Shown in pieces: positions 7,601-15,212 of a stretch of 64,000 nt of DNA. Source of the stretch: Candidatus Hydrogenedentota bacterium (lineage in GTDB: Bacteria > Hydrogenedentota > Hydrogenedentia > Hydrogenedentales > SLHB01); contig BTWA01000008.1 in assembly GCA_045863295.1 (NCBI GenBank), positions 123,774-187,773 on the forward strand. The letters are read 5' to 3'. The position numbers were made by a program, and so were the translations under genes. The number at the start of each line of letters is the position of its first letter. Within the stretch, counting starts at the first letter, position 1. Under the pieces are notes generated by a model, which made no database searches, had not been told where the DNA came from, and worked only from the letters and a program-made list of their open reading frames with translations.

Positions 7601-10182
7601 GCGTACCCGTCACCGTTCACATCCCCCGCACCCGTGACCGAAGCGCCCATGAAGGCGTCGTCCTGATTGGATTCTAGCAAGGACGCCGCGCTGGCAGGAT
7701 CGCTACCCACAAGGCCCGAGGCCGAACCCAGGAACAGAAACGCCGCGCCTTCGTTGTCATGGCCATTGTCGTACTCAGGTGCTCCGACGATGATGTCCGC
7801 GTACCCATCCCCGTTCACGTCCCCCGCACCCGAGATGGAATAGCCCATACGGGCATACTCCTGATTGGATTCCAGCACGGACGCCGCGCTGGCAGGATCG
7901 CTACCCACAAGGCCCGAGGCGGAACCGTGAAAAACGAACGCCCCTCCTTCATCGTTCCGGCCATTGAAGTAGTACGGCGCGCCCACAATTACATCCGCGT
8001 ACCCGTCCCCGTTTACATCCCCCGCCCCCGAGACGGAAAAGCCCATCCGGGCACCCTCCTGAGTGGATTCCAAAACGAATGCCGCGCTCAAAGGATCGCT
8101 GCCCACAAGGCCCGAAGCAGAACCGTGGAAAACGAACGCTACGCCTCCATCATTCTGGCCATTGACGAAGATGTTCTGGCCATTGTTGTAAAGCGGCGCA
8201 CCTGCGATCACATCCGCGTACCCATCCCCGTTCACATCCCCCGCACAAGATACCGAATAGCCCATGGCGGCCTCGTTCTGTCTGGATTCCAGCACGGACG
8301 CCGCGCTAGAGGGATCGCTGCCCACAAGGCCCGAAGCAGAACCGTGGAAAACAAAAACCGCTCCTCCATCAATTATCTGGCCGTTATAGTCCTGACCTTT
8401 GTCGTACAGTGGCGCGCCCACGATCACATCCGCGTACCTGTCCCCGTTTACGTCCCCCGCACCCATGACGGAGCCGCCCAGTAAGGCTCCTTCCTGATTG
8501 GATTCCAGCACGGATGCCGCGCTCGAAGGATCGCTGCCTACTAGGCCGGAGGACGAACCGTGGAAAACAAATGCCGCGCCTTCGTCAAACTGGCCGTTTG
8601 TGTATCCCGATGCGCCGACAATCACATCGGCGTACCCGTCCCCGTTCAAATCCCCCGCAGAAGAGACGGAAATGCCCATGAAGGCATCTTCCATATTGGA
8701 TTCCAGCGCAGTTGCCGCGTTCGATGGATTGCTGCCCACAAGGCCCGAAGCAGAACCGTGGAAAACAAACGCCGCGCCTTCATCGACCTGTCCGTTGTTA
8801 TAATACAGCGAACCCACAATCACATCCGCGTAGCCGTCCCCGTTCACGTCCTCCGCACCCGAGACTGACTGGCCCATAAAAGCGTTGACCTGATTGGATT
8901 CCAGCACGGATGCCGCGCTCGAAGGATCGCTGCCTACTAGGCCGGAGGACGAACCGTGGAAAACAAATGCTGCGCCTTCGTCGTCTTGGCCGTTGTCGTA
9001 GTGCCACGCACCCACAATCACATCCGCGTAGCCGTCCCCGTTCACGTCCCCCGCCCCCGAGACTGACTGGCCCATAAAAGCGTTGACCTGATTGGATTCC
9101 AGCACGGATGCCGCACTCGAAGGATCGCTGCCTACCAGGCCCGAAATGGAACCATGAAAAACGAAAGCCGCACCTTCCCCATACTGGCCATTGTCGTATT
9201 GGGGGGCGCCTACAATCGCATCCGCGTACCCATCCCCGTTCACATCCCCCGCACCCGTGACCGAAGCGCCCATGAAGGCGTCGTCCCAATTACCCTCCGC
9301 CTGCCAGTCGCCGATTGGAGGTGGGACGTAGATGGGGTCCACTTCTATGGGATAGACGGCATCCGCATCGTGGATAGTGAACCGGGTTTCGCCATCGAGT
9401 TGGCGCAACGTGGCCGGGATTGATTTGCCGGTGGCGTCGAAGACCTCGAGTTTGGCGTATTGGAGGAGGACGTTGTTGTCCTCGTCGCGGAACGCAATGC
9501 CATTGCCGCTGTTTGCGGCCTGGGCCGATCCGCCAAATGCGCCCGCAATGACCAGCGCTCCGTCGCCCGCAGGGCGTTCTGCGATGGTGAAGCCATGCTC
9601 CAATCCGCGCTCGTCGTTGACGTACCATTCCTCAATACCGGGATGTTTATACGCGAGGCGGTTGGTGTGCGAATCGGATTCCGGCTTGACCTTTGATACC
9701 TCCCGCATGGCGCCTTCGCGGCCCCAGGCTTTGAATTGCCAGCGGATGTCCCAGTCGGGATCGCTCGTCTCCCGTTCGACAATCTGGACGCCGTCTTCGC
9801 GGAAGTAGGCCCGCAAATTCGCGGCGCGATTTGTCGCATGCAGCCCGCCGGGTTCGCCTTCGATGACGGAATTATCCTGCCAGGTGATGTTGTATTCGGC
9901 TTTACGGATACCTTCCTGGACCTGGCTCATCCACGCGGGGTCTTGTGAGGTTTCGGATGAAGGACCGGATGGGGCGGGACTGGGAACGTCGGGCCTTATG
10001 TTTGCGGGAATGGCGGCGGAGGCCGGTTCATGAGATGCCGTGCTGGTTGATGCCAGGGGTATGGGCGTGCTGGGCGATGCGTGCTTTTGCTGGTTGCGAT
10101 TGGCTTCCCAGAGAAATATCGGGCTACTCGCAGCCAGCGCAACCAGGACAATGCCCCACCGAAACAATCGCTCATTCCACAT
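1633..10182 (-). CDS. Giant membrane-anchored surface protein: N-terminal domain, 14 FG-GAP (integrin-alpha-like) repeats, Ig-like domains, clan-CD (C13/caspase-like) peptidase, FN3-like, carboxypeptidase-regulatory-like, 2 PEGA-like repeats, C-terminal anchor module + TM
   Basis: 2857-aa ORF (ATG 10182 after GAGGGG preferred over TTG 10206); 14x (G/E)D(V/L)NGD.YAD..(V/A)G; LVSHG...IYGACHSGSF dyad; hydrophobic C-terminus followed by KTARRTR. Confidence 0.9.
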   Translation of the reverse strand: MWNERLFRWGIVLVALAASSPIFLWEANRNQQKHASPSTPIPLASTSTASHEPASAAIPANIRPDVPSPAPSGPSSETSQDPAWMSQVQEGIRKAEYNITWQDNSVIEGEPGGLHATNRAANLRAYFREDGVQIVERETSDPDWDIRWQFKAWGREGAMREVSKVKPESDSHTNRLAYKHPGIEEWYVNDERGLEHGFTIAERPAGDGALVIAGAFGGSAQAANSGNGIAFRDEDNNVLLQYAKLEVFDATGKSIPATLRQLDGETRFTIHDADAVYPIEVDPIYVPPPIGDWQAEGNWDDAFMGASVTGAGDVNGDGYADAIVGAPQYDNGQYGEGAAFVFHGSISGLVGSDPSSAASVLESNQVNAFMGQSVSGAGDVNGDGYADVIVGAWHYDNGQDDEGAAFVFHGSSSGLVGSDPSSAASVLESNQVNAFMGQSVSGAEDVNGDGYADVIVGSLYYNNGQVDEGAAFVFHGSASGLVGSNPSNAATALESNMEDAFMGISVSSAGDLNGDGYADVIVGASGYTNGQFDEGAAFVFHGSSSGLVGSDPSSAASVLESNQEGALLGGSVMGAGDVNGDRYADVIVGAPLYDKGQDYNGQIIDGGAVFVFHGSASGLVGSDPSSAASVLESRQNEAAMGYSVSCAGDVNGDGYADVIAGAPLYNNGQNIFVNGQNDGGVAFVFHGSASGLVGSDPLSAAFVLESTQEGARMGFSVSGAGDVNGDGYADVIVGAPYYFNGRNDEGGAFVFHGSASGLVGSDPASAASVLESNQEYARMGYSISGAGDVNGDGYADIIVGAPEYDNGHDNEGAAFLFLGSASGLVGSDPASAASLLESNQDDAFMGASVTGAGDVNGDGYADVIVGAPSYDNGHTNEGAAFVFHGSALGIVGRDPSSAASVLESNFEGAGMGYSASDAGDVNGDGYADVIVGAPGYYFFFGEIFYEGLVVVYLGSASGIVNDEGGVGGVAWYLQGGGLFGLSVDGAGDVNGDGYADIIVGAPYYDNGQTSEGAAFVFHGSAWGIVGWDTSFAASVLESNQMNSYMGSSVSGAGDVNGDGYADVIVGATDYNIGQVDEGAAFVFHGSASGLVGSDALSAASLLESNQATSYMGYSVSGAGDVNGDGYADVIVGALYYDNGQTDEGAAFVFHGSASGLLGSDPSSAASVLESNQADAWMGRSVSGAGDLNGDGYADVIVGASGYTNGQFDEGAAFVFLGTSEGKLVNAQLRDNANTLLATPGILTRSPDLRIQILAHDSPELRSAVRLEWEVIPYGAPFEGTDTFTTDTWILPGFAGHPYDEPFTVQEEANGFRWRVRVLHAPLSKFQNNGGVLSIKPGHALPPHPAHSRWYYPHWATVGPSDFRTSGYLPPTNAEYAVFASGPFRTTDSVACEVFVPSASPSVPPRANQHEFKWKSNTGREIIHITASTADALLALETVKGETWTCTVRGFDGVSYSHSSTQAAGSVAILNTPPGAPAASITSSFNNRQSANSSMVCQITTPSADPDVDEQVESLVYRYEWYKNGVLALTSPGAGSTFTSALTSTVPKEQIAPGDQWYCIVTPKDTEVEGPSAQTATVDVVAGGVLPSDVINFGALPQPVVLGNPVTLSAQITPAPASPGSAGLSFAVTPPSGSPQNVPFGTLDGTFYRASFLPNAATPDTSLWSVTAAWPGDATYSAATSNSMTFAVEKAQPTLTIAPSRSSALLNFANAPDFEVNVTMSVPGFPGALQTLLANQPVYVSVALGNEPKGEVMVNTNASGAAVFTKAVFDAGNILFDEEGVWRFKAEFRGDANFKTAATADFDDTDATLEIKAGAGYAIVVHGRLNADGEGVPEHAVTADGVYRALVAREFAQSDIYYLRQTGLTIPSDIQVARDINNVQIQPSPTALSSAITQWAKDKVQTSRAPLYLILVSHGSVDKVHLDVPGTGPQEEMSATQLRDVLNEFDGYFPGNPPQTFVIYGACHSGSFVSKLSKANRLVITSARSTEKSYRGVDPTPDDGIDIRDGEYFVSELFRNLTDGLTFFTAFNRASDRTIEYTSIESASALGDQNPLLDDAGLFAATSILGLQSNAVGGISWFNAQQSFQFTPSKASSAFLFAETAALGRAFGASDKAWIEIKTPAYAPENADGLTDFQREAQMVGPLAPTTQTPLSGDKMQFEWDQSTVVSAINAQVPMASTPGTYKVYYFLKDGVTGQVASYLITNIYVPKPGNQPPNAPTLLYPGNNAVTSTSPVLAWIPANPVDPDAGDTVSYRVELTPTTGDPVLIENIHQTFVQASGLQDLMTYTWRVVAVDSSGAETPSATTRTFSVNNGNPGSAGTIYGVVTDGSTGQPLGGATVTMTGPGAKPPFTTGNDGYYLFSDVPSGEVYTITGSKTGYFSVSSIATLSAGQVLLLPTFFLMPNTTLLKGTVAVQTNTATASWSITGPSPLAGVGNKTQLDSIAGVYFVTWNPLPGLITPPGEQKTLAANQTITFVGNYTAPPPGTIAVRVNGVSANWTINGTLKTGAAFGPQVHQGSNDLTGMQPGTYTVTWGTVGGWISPWNQPDGPKELTQGGSLVFEGTYTAIPAPPPSTGRKSAIERIALEVREEVLPLDVEAKVDATIHSTQPIAVRITADAAIDPATVSMTMEGDLGYRAEGGSWLPITESDGWIVFTPESPYAMGERITATATAALTDGNALAPVSYEFVVSGGAGPGEDAPTMVAMTDAPAMDPSMSSIAGEVFRVGPSGVFAEPVTVYLPVPEGVDANSLVVLYYSESGRHQGWFPVEHVAGLLADDSTRIVQEADREYFMVQLNHSAVLALASHAEISLGAIGPMELAASGTTRAWITFTLILAASIAILLKTARRTRQDL
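6535..9300 (-). repeat. Intragenic FG-GAP repeat array, about 198-bp period, 14 units
   Basis: For example gactgactggcccataaaagcgttgacctgattggattccagcacggatgccgc occurs at 8863 and 9061; an identical stretch of about 85 bp occurs near 6548 and 8573. Confidence 0.9.
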
Positions 10183-10314
10183 ATGGTGAACCCCTCGTGA
10201 CTTCAACCGCTGAACTGGACATTCAGAACCGCAGCGCAGCCTTCTTTGGCTGGACTTTTAACTCTTTTTGCGAGGTCGAACCTGTTTACTTTGCGCCACG
10301 ACGTGCAGGCTTGG

Positions 10315-10330
10315 AGCAATCGGCGCGCCA
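10315..10330 (-). promoter_or_regulatory. sigma54 (-24/-12) promoter of the FG-GAP giant gene
   Basis: Minus strand TGGCGCG-CCGA-TTGCT versus consensus TGGCACG-N4-TTGCW. Confidence 0.8.
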
Positions 10331-10416
10331 ATCTTTGGACGTAGAGCTATCTTATTTGCCTGCAGTCACTTGGAAATGGAAAGCGAATTTTGCCTTGCAG
10401 CAGGAATGGCGGCAGA

Positions 10417-10433
10417 TGTTCAGTAATTGAACA
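10417..10433. promoter_or_regulatory. Putative enhancer (UAS) palindrome TGTTCA-N5-TGAACA
   Basis: TGTTCAGTAATTGAACA, 87 bp upstream of the -24 element; same motif as at 27510-27548 and 31824-31862. Confidence 0.7.
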
Positions 10434-10858
10434 CGATCTGACCCAAAAAGCCTTGGGCAATAACCGTAAGTCAATACCTTTGATTTCGTTATGACTGGTT
10501 GTTCTCAGTCGTGCTTGGTGTGTCCAGTTGAATCCAGATCTTGTACACCTACCGGCAAGCTTTCGCAAAGGCAGTGTTGAATAGAGTTGAAATTGAACTC
10601 TGCTATTTTCAATCAAATGCTCTGCTTGGGAGGTAAGTTCGAGATGCGAATGTGGATGGGATGATTCAGGCGTTGCAGCATGAGGCGGGGTTTACGCGGC
10701 GGGGTTTTGGGGGGTGGGGAGATTTGGTGGAGTGTGCGGGTTGATTACCGGATGTGAGGTCGCTTTCGATGGGGGTGTTGGCATTTGACCTGAGTCACGC
10801 TGTCGTGCCAAAGCCGTTGGTTTCGCACAAACGTACAGAGCGGGACTCAGCCCCCATT

Positions 10859-13054
10859 TTATTGCTGAGATGGTCTGGAAGCGGCCGATGGTTCGGGTTG
10901 GGTGTATACCTCCAGTTTGCCGTCGAGCGTTGTGGTCACACTGATTCGGGTCAGTTGCGTGCCTGTAAGGTGGTAGAGTCCGTCTTTGGTGCTTAGTACC
11001 ATTCCGTGATCGGTTGAGTCGATTTTGGAGATTACTTTGGGGACGTTGACGTGCTGCGCGTGATTGCTTTTGCGGTCGATTCGCCAGAGGCCCGCTGATA
11101 CATCCTCTCCTTCGGGTCTGTTTGCCGTTCCCAGCCAGATGGCGTCGCGGTCGACGTGGATCGCGGTCGTGGAATACGGTATCAGCTCATCGAGGTAGTC
11201 GACGCGATAGGTCTTGGTGTCGAGGTTGAAGTAGCCCAGTGCGCCGATGCCGGTTGTGCCCTCTCCGTCGTAAAAGGAGGTTCCGAATATGACTTCGTTT
11301 CCGTATACGGCATAGGCTCCGATGTCACATTGAATGGTATATCGATATTCCTTCTTCCCGGGTCTGGCAACCGCGGTGTACTGGGGGCGCTTCGTTTCCA
11401 GCAGGCTGTACTCTGGGGGAGGCAGTTCATGGAACGACAGGGAATCTCCTTGTATCAGGAGAATTCCCGGCGTCAGTTTGTCGTGGTCTTCCTTCATGCT
11501 CATGTCGACAACCAGCATCTTCATGCTATCCGGTTGTTGGGCGTTGATGGGCTTGGGCCGATTCTCTTCGGGCAAGAGTATTGTTTGCTGGCCGGACATT
11601 GAGGGCAGAACAATTTCAAATCCGCCGCGCGGACCGATTGATGTATCTTTCGTTGTGCGGCCGGGGGCGATTCCGATTTCCCGCGGGTTCTTTTCCAAAC
11701 GCCACGCGCCGTCTTCCAACACGCAGGCTGCGGCAGGCCCGCTAAAGACCAGCGCATTGCCGGCAATGTCGACAGCGGTTAGTCTCGGCACGGGTTGCCC
11801 GTCGATTGTCTGAATGAATTCAGGTTGCACCGAATCTGAGTCCACGGTGACCTTGAGAATTCCATGGGGAGCCGACTCTTTCCATGAGCGATCGGAAATT
11901 ACGCCGGCGCAATAGTAGGCATCTTGAAAGCGTGTGGAGGCCAAGCAGTTGAAACCCCATGGGTATTCTTTTTTGCCGATGAGTTGCTGTTGTTCGAGAT
12001 TGAAGAAGTACCTGATTTTGCCTTGTGGAATGCCGTAAAAATCGTCGGTAATGACGAATGTGGCGGAGGTATGGGTCAGATGGTCGAGGTCGTATCCATG
12101 AAGTTCGCCATAGCCTTTTTCAGTCGTGCGATATCTTGTGAGTACGTCCATAAGCAGCCAGGGCTGATTCGAGCCGGTCTTCATGGCGAACAGGCCCATG
12201 ACGGTGCGTTCTTCGGGGAGCACTTTGGTTTCCGTCCGATTCACGCTGACAGTGGCGAGCGCGTATTCGCTGGTTATGGGCGTTGTCACTATTCCTTCTG
12301 CTACTTGGGTTATGGCGGGGTCACGCGCCTGCAATGCCTTCACGAATTCCGTTTCGGGCGCCACCCAATCCTTCAGGGATCTTATTTGGCCAGTCTCAGG
12401 CGGGATATCGCGCACGCACACGCGGATCATCCAGATTTCAAATTGGCGGTGTTCCTTGTCGAATCCGTCCAGCGGCAGGGTGATTGAGTTGAAGCCGGAA
12501 GACGGATTCTCATCGATGCCGAGGCGGATGCCAGTAGAAGGATTGCATTTGAGGGCGATGAAGAACATCTCGGGCACTTCAACGGCAGGTGTGCTGAATG
12601 TATACCACGCGGGTTCCGGGCCTTTGATCGCTGTCGCAGGGAAGTCGAGGGTGAGCAGTGTTTGGCGTTTCTGATTCAGGATACGCAATTGAACTGTGTC
12701 CCGATCGTGAATGGGATGGGCGTCGCGTGACGCGAAGAGGTATACCGCTATCACATGACGCTTGGATTCCGGTGCTTCGAACTCGACTGCCGGCAACGAA
12801 TCTCCCACCTTGACCCAGTGTTCAGCGGAATCATCGTCGCGGGAGAGGATTACGGCGTCTTTGGGTGCTTGATCCGGGGGTGAGGGCATGGGCGTCCCGG
12901 TGTGCGACTCCGTTGCCGCGATGGGCGGATCGGCAGCCGGACTTACCGGAATGCAAACTGCGGCCAATGTACAGGCCACTGCAAACAGGCGCCGAACCGG
13001 GCGAGGGCCTGTCATTGAATGGCAATTTCCACGCCAGACCGCGATTGTGTTCAC
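10859..13054 (-). CDS. Hypothetical exported protein (731 aa), beta-rich, possible C-terminal propeller
   Basis: Long ORF, GAGGAG upstream of GTG, signal-like RRLFAVACTLAAVCIPVSPAA; no family recognised. Confidence 0.7.
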   Translation of the reverse strand: MNTIAVWRGNCHSMTGPRPVRRLFAVACTLAAVCIPVSPAADPPIAATESHTGTPMPSPPDQAPKDAVILSRDDDSAEHWVKVGDSLPAVEFEAPESKRHVIAVYLFASRDAHPIHDRDTVQLRILNQKRQTLLTLDFPATAIKGPEPAWYTFSTPAVEVPEMFFIALKCNPSTGIRLGIDENPSSGFNSITLPLDGFDKEHRQFEIWMIRVCVRDIPPETGQIRSLKDWVAPETEFVKALQARDPAITQVAEGIVTTPITSEYALATVSVNRTETKVLPEERTVMGLFAMKTGSNQPWLLMDVLTRYRTTEKGYGELHGYDLDHLTHTSATFVITDDFYGIPQGKIRYFFNLEQQQLIGKKEYPWGFNCLASTRFQDAYYCAGVISDRSWKESAPHGILKVTVDSDSVQPEFIQTIDGQPVPRLTAVDIAGNALVFSGPAAACVLEDGAWRLEKNPREIGIAPGRTTKDTSIGPRGGFEIVLPSMSGQQTILLPEENRPKPINAQQPDSMKMLVVDMSMKEDHDKLTPGILLIQGDSLSFHELPPPEYSLLETKRPQYTAVARPGKKEYRYTIQCDIGAYAVYGNEVIFGTSFYDGEGTTGIGALGYFNLDTKTYRVDYLDELIPYSTTAIHVDRDAIWLGTANRPEGEDVSAGLWRIDRKSNHAQHVNVPKVISKIDSTDHGMVLSTKDGLYHLTGTQLTRISVTTTLDGKLEVYTQPEPSAASRPSQQ

Positions 13055-13198
13055 GCCCCAAGTCTCCTCTTCCCATTGGAAATGCCGCCGCGATCATTTC
13101 CGAGTGACAGACAACAGGGTTGCGCGTTTACGCGCCGCATCGGTGGATTGCCTGCGCAAGGCTTTCACGCGTTCTGATCGCGGGCAGCGAGTAATGGA

Positions 13199-13440
13199 TT
13201 AATCCTTTTGCGTCGTGTTGGGTTCCTCCGCGTTTCGGATGGAATTGGCTAGGTCGCACAGGGAATGTTTTTCAAGTTGCACCATCAGGCCTTCTTTCAC
13301 GCTGAGCCAAGTACGATGCAATGGGCAGGGTTTGGCTGCGTCGCACGATTCGAGACCCAATACGCACAAATCAAACGCATGCACGCCCTCAACAGCGTGG
13401 ATCACATCCAACAGCGTAATCTTGCCGGGTGGCGCCTTTG
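13199..13440 (-). pseudogene. 5'-truncated Rrf2-family (IscR/NsrR-like) regulator
   Basis: KAPPGKITLLDVIHAVEG..FDLCVLGLESC...PCPLH..W...K..L...L...SL.DL is the Rrf2 C-terminal half with its Cys cluster; an in-frame stop lies just upstream and there is no wHTH half. Confidence 0.75.
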
Positions 13441-13461
13441 TGCTTACGGTCTACCGGTTCA

Positions 13462-15015
13462 TTAGAATCGAAGGCCGATATCCATATACAGGTAGTCGGC
13501 GTCGTCGTTTCCAGAGCCTCCGCTGAACTCTTGTCCGTAACGATGCAGGAAACTTCCGTCTTCGAGTCCTTGTCCGGTAAACAGGTGCTCCCAACCAATC
13601 TTGAAGTAAAGGTCTTCGGAATATTGGTAGTTCACCCAAAGATGAGCACTGACGCCGATCTCCTCATTTGATTCTTCGGTCCAGAAACTGAGTGCTGGTG
13701 CGATCGGAATTTGAAACGGTCCAAAGGCCGCGGCGACAGGGGCGTCAAATGCTTCGTCGACGGCGAAATAGGCTATCGTCAGTCCGCTGCTTACGGCGTC
13801 GGTAGGATGCACGACCGCACCACCGCGTGCTTGCCAGAAGTTGGACATATCCTGTCCGATCTCAAGGATCAGGCTGTATGGCTTTCCGGGAAACAAGCGG
13901 TTAAAGGACACACTGGCATCCGGCCGGAAGAACGGGTTGATCCAATCCGCAAACGAGAGAGCGCGGTTGTCTTCGCCTTCAAAGTAGGCGCCGCCGATAA
14001 AGACGCGCGGCTGCCACGCGATATCAAAGGTGTAGCCGACTTCCAGATCGCCTGCCCAGGCGTCGAATTCCGCATCGTCGTCGCCGTAGATTTGGCCGTT
14101 TGGCACGAAACCGGAGCCAATTCGGCCGGCGTCGCCAAATTGGTAGGCCACTTCAAGGTCGTAGTCGACCCGGCCGACACCTCCAAACAATCTTGCGCCG
14201 ATGGTGTGCATCTGCGTTGGGTCGTAGTTATCCAGATCCAGGAAGTTCTCTACCCATTCAATGGGAGCGGCGAAGTTTGTATCGTTCAGCCGCTGCGCAT
14301 CGCGAACAAGCAGCCAGTATGCAGAGATACTGAGCGCATCCATGGCCCGATACGTTGCGTATATTCCATAAAAGTCGGTGTCGCCGTCTTGTTCCAGCGG
14401 GCTGGTGTCGGCGAGCTTACTCCACCAAGCATCGACGTCGATCTTATCCGTGCTGTACGTCAGCCGTATCGCGTCAAATGAACGCCCCATGATCGCCGTG
14501 GTAATGTCGTCGACCAGCCACCCTTTGCCCATCTTCATTTCCTGGCGGCCAATGCGCAGGCGCAAAGGAAAGGAAAATAACTCGTTGGCCTCGATGTATG
14601 CCTGGTAGACTTCGACGTCGTTGCTGCTGACGGCACGCGAGTCGAATCCGGTCACGTAATTGGAGCGGAAGTCTTCACCCCAGATATCGAACGATTCGAG
14701 TTCGATGAAAGCCCTGACCTCGTTGGTAAAATCTGCGTTTACATTGAGGCGGGTGCGCTGTTCCACAAAACCCAGATCATTCTTTTGACTGTTCCAGTCG
14801 TACCTGCTCACCGTACCGAACGGACCGATGGCGCGGCCAGGCAGAAAAAAGTTTGGAATCTGAATTTCACCCGGTCCATTGATGGCGGAGACATAGGTGT
14901 TGTCCCAGTGTCTCGCGCGAATGCGGATCTCTCCGCCGATATCCACGTTTTGCAATTCCGCGGCCGCTGAAAACGCGAACACGACCGACAAGACTACGGC
15001 ACTGAGTTTGGACAT
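13462..15015 (-). CDS. Alginate-export-family outer-membrane beta-barrel porin
   Basis: Signal peptide MSKLSAVV..SAAA (ATG 15015 after GGGGGAG); GEIRIR, EQRTRLNVNA, YQAYI, RIGRQE, SFDAIRL motifs; C-terminal Phe. Confidence 0.85.
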   Translation of the reverse strand: MSKLSAVVLSVVFAFSAAAELQNVDIGGEIRIRARHWDNTYVSAINGPGEIQIPNFFLPGRAIGPFGTVSRYDWNSQKNDLGFVEQRTRLNVNADFTNEVRAFIELESFDIWGEDFRSNYVTGFDSRAVSSNDVEVYQAYIEANELFSFPLRLRIGRQEMKMGKGWLVDDITTAIMGRSFDAIRLTYSTDKIDVDAWWSKLADTSPLEQDGDTDFYGIYATYRAMDALSISAYWLLVRDAQRLNDTNFAAPIEWVENFLDLDNYDPTQMHTIGARLFGGVGRVDYDLEVAYQFGDAGRIGSGFVPNGQIYGDDDAEFDAWAGDLEVGYTFDIAWQPRVFIGGAYFEGEDNRALSFADWINPFFRPDASVSFNRLFPGKPYSLILEIGQDMSNFWQARGGAVVHPTDAVSSGLTIAYFAVDEAFDAPVAAAFGPFQIPIAPALSFWTEESNEEIGVSAHLWVNYQYSEDLYFKIGWEHLFTGQGLEDGSFLHRYGQEFSGGSGNDDADYLYMDIGLRF

Positions 15016-15212
15016 GATGTTTTCTCCCCCTGCTTCGTTCGAGTTCCCCTTCGAACGACTAACCCCCTCTGGTCCCCAATACTGGAGATCAATATTCATT
15101 ATTGTTACACAAATCCGTATTTACCGCAAGTCCCGAATATTTCGCTATTCATGCCGTTATTTCGACGATACCCCGGGGCCGTTTTGAGATTGCGGGACGC
15201 AGGATACGTTGT

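Noticed and set aside
6535..9300. CRISPR array or DGR template/variable repeats
   Set aside because: The repeats are in-frame coding units of about 198 bp, differences are not adenine-specific, and no cas or reverse transcriptase gene is in the window.
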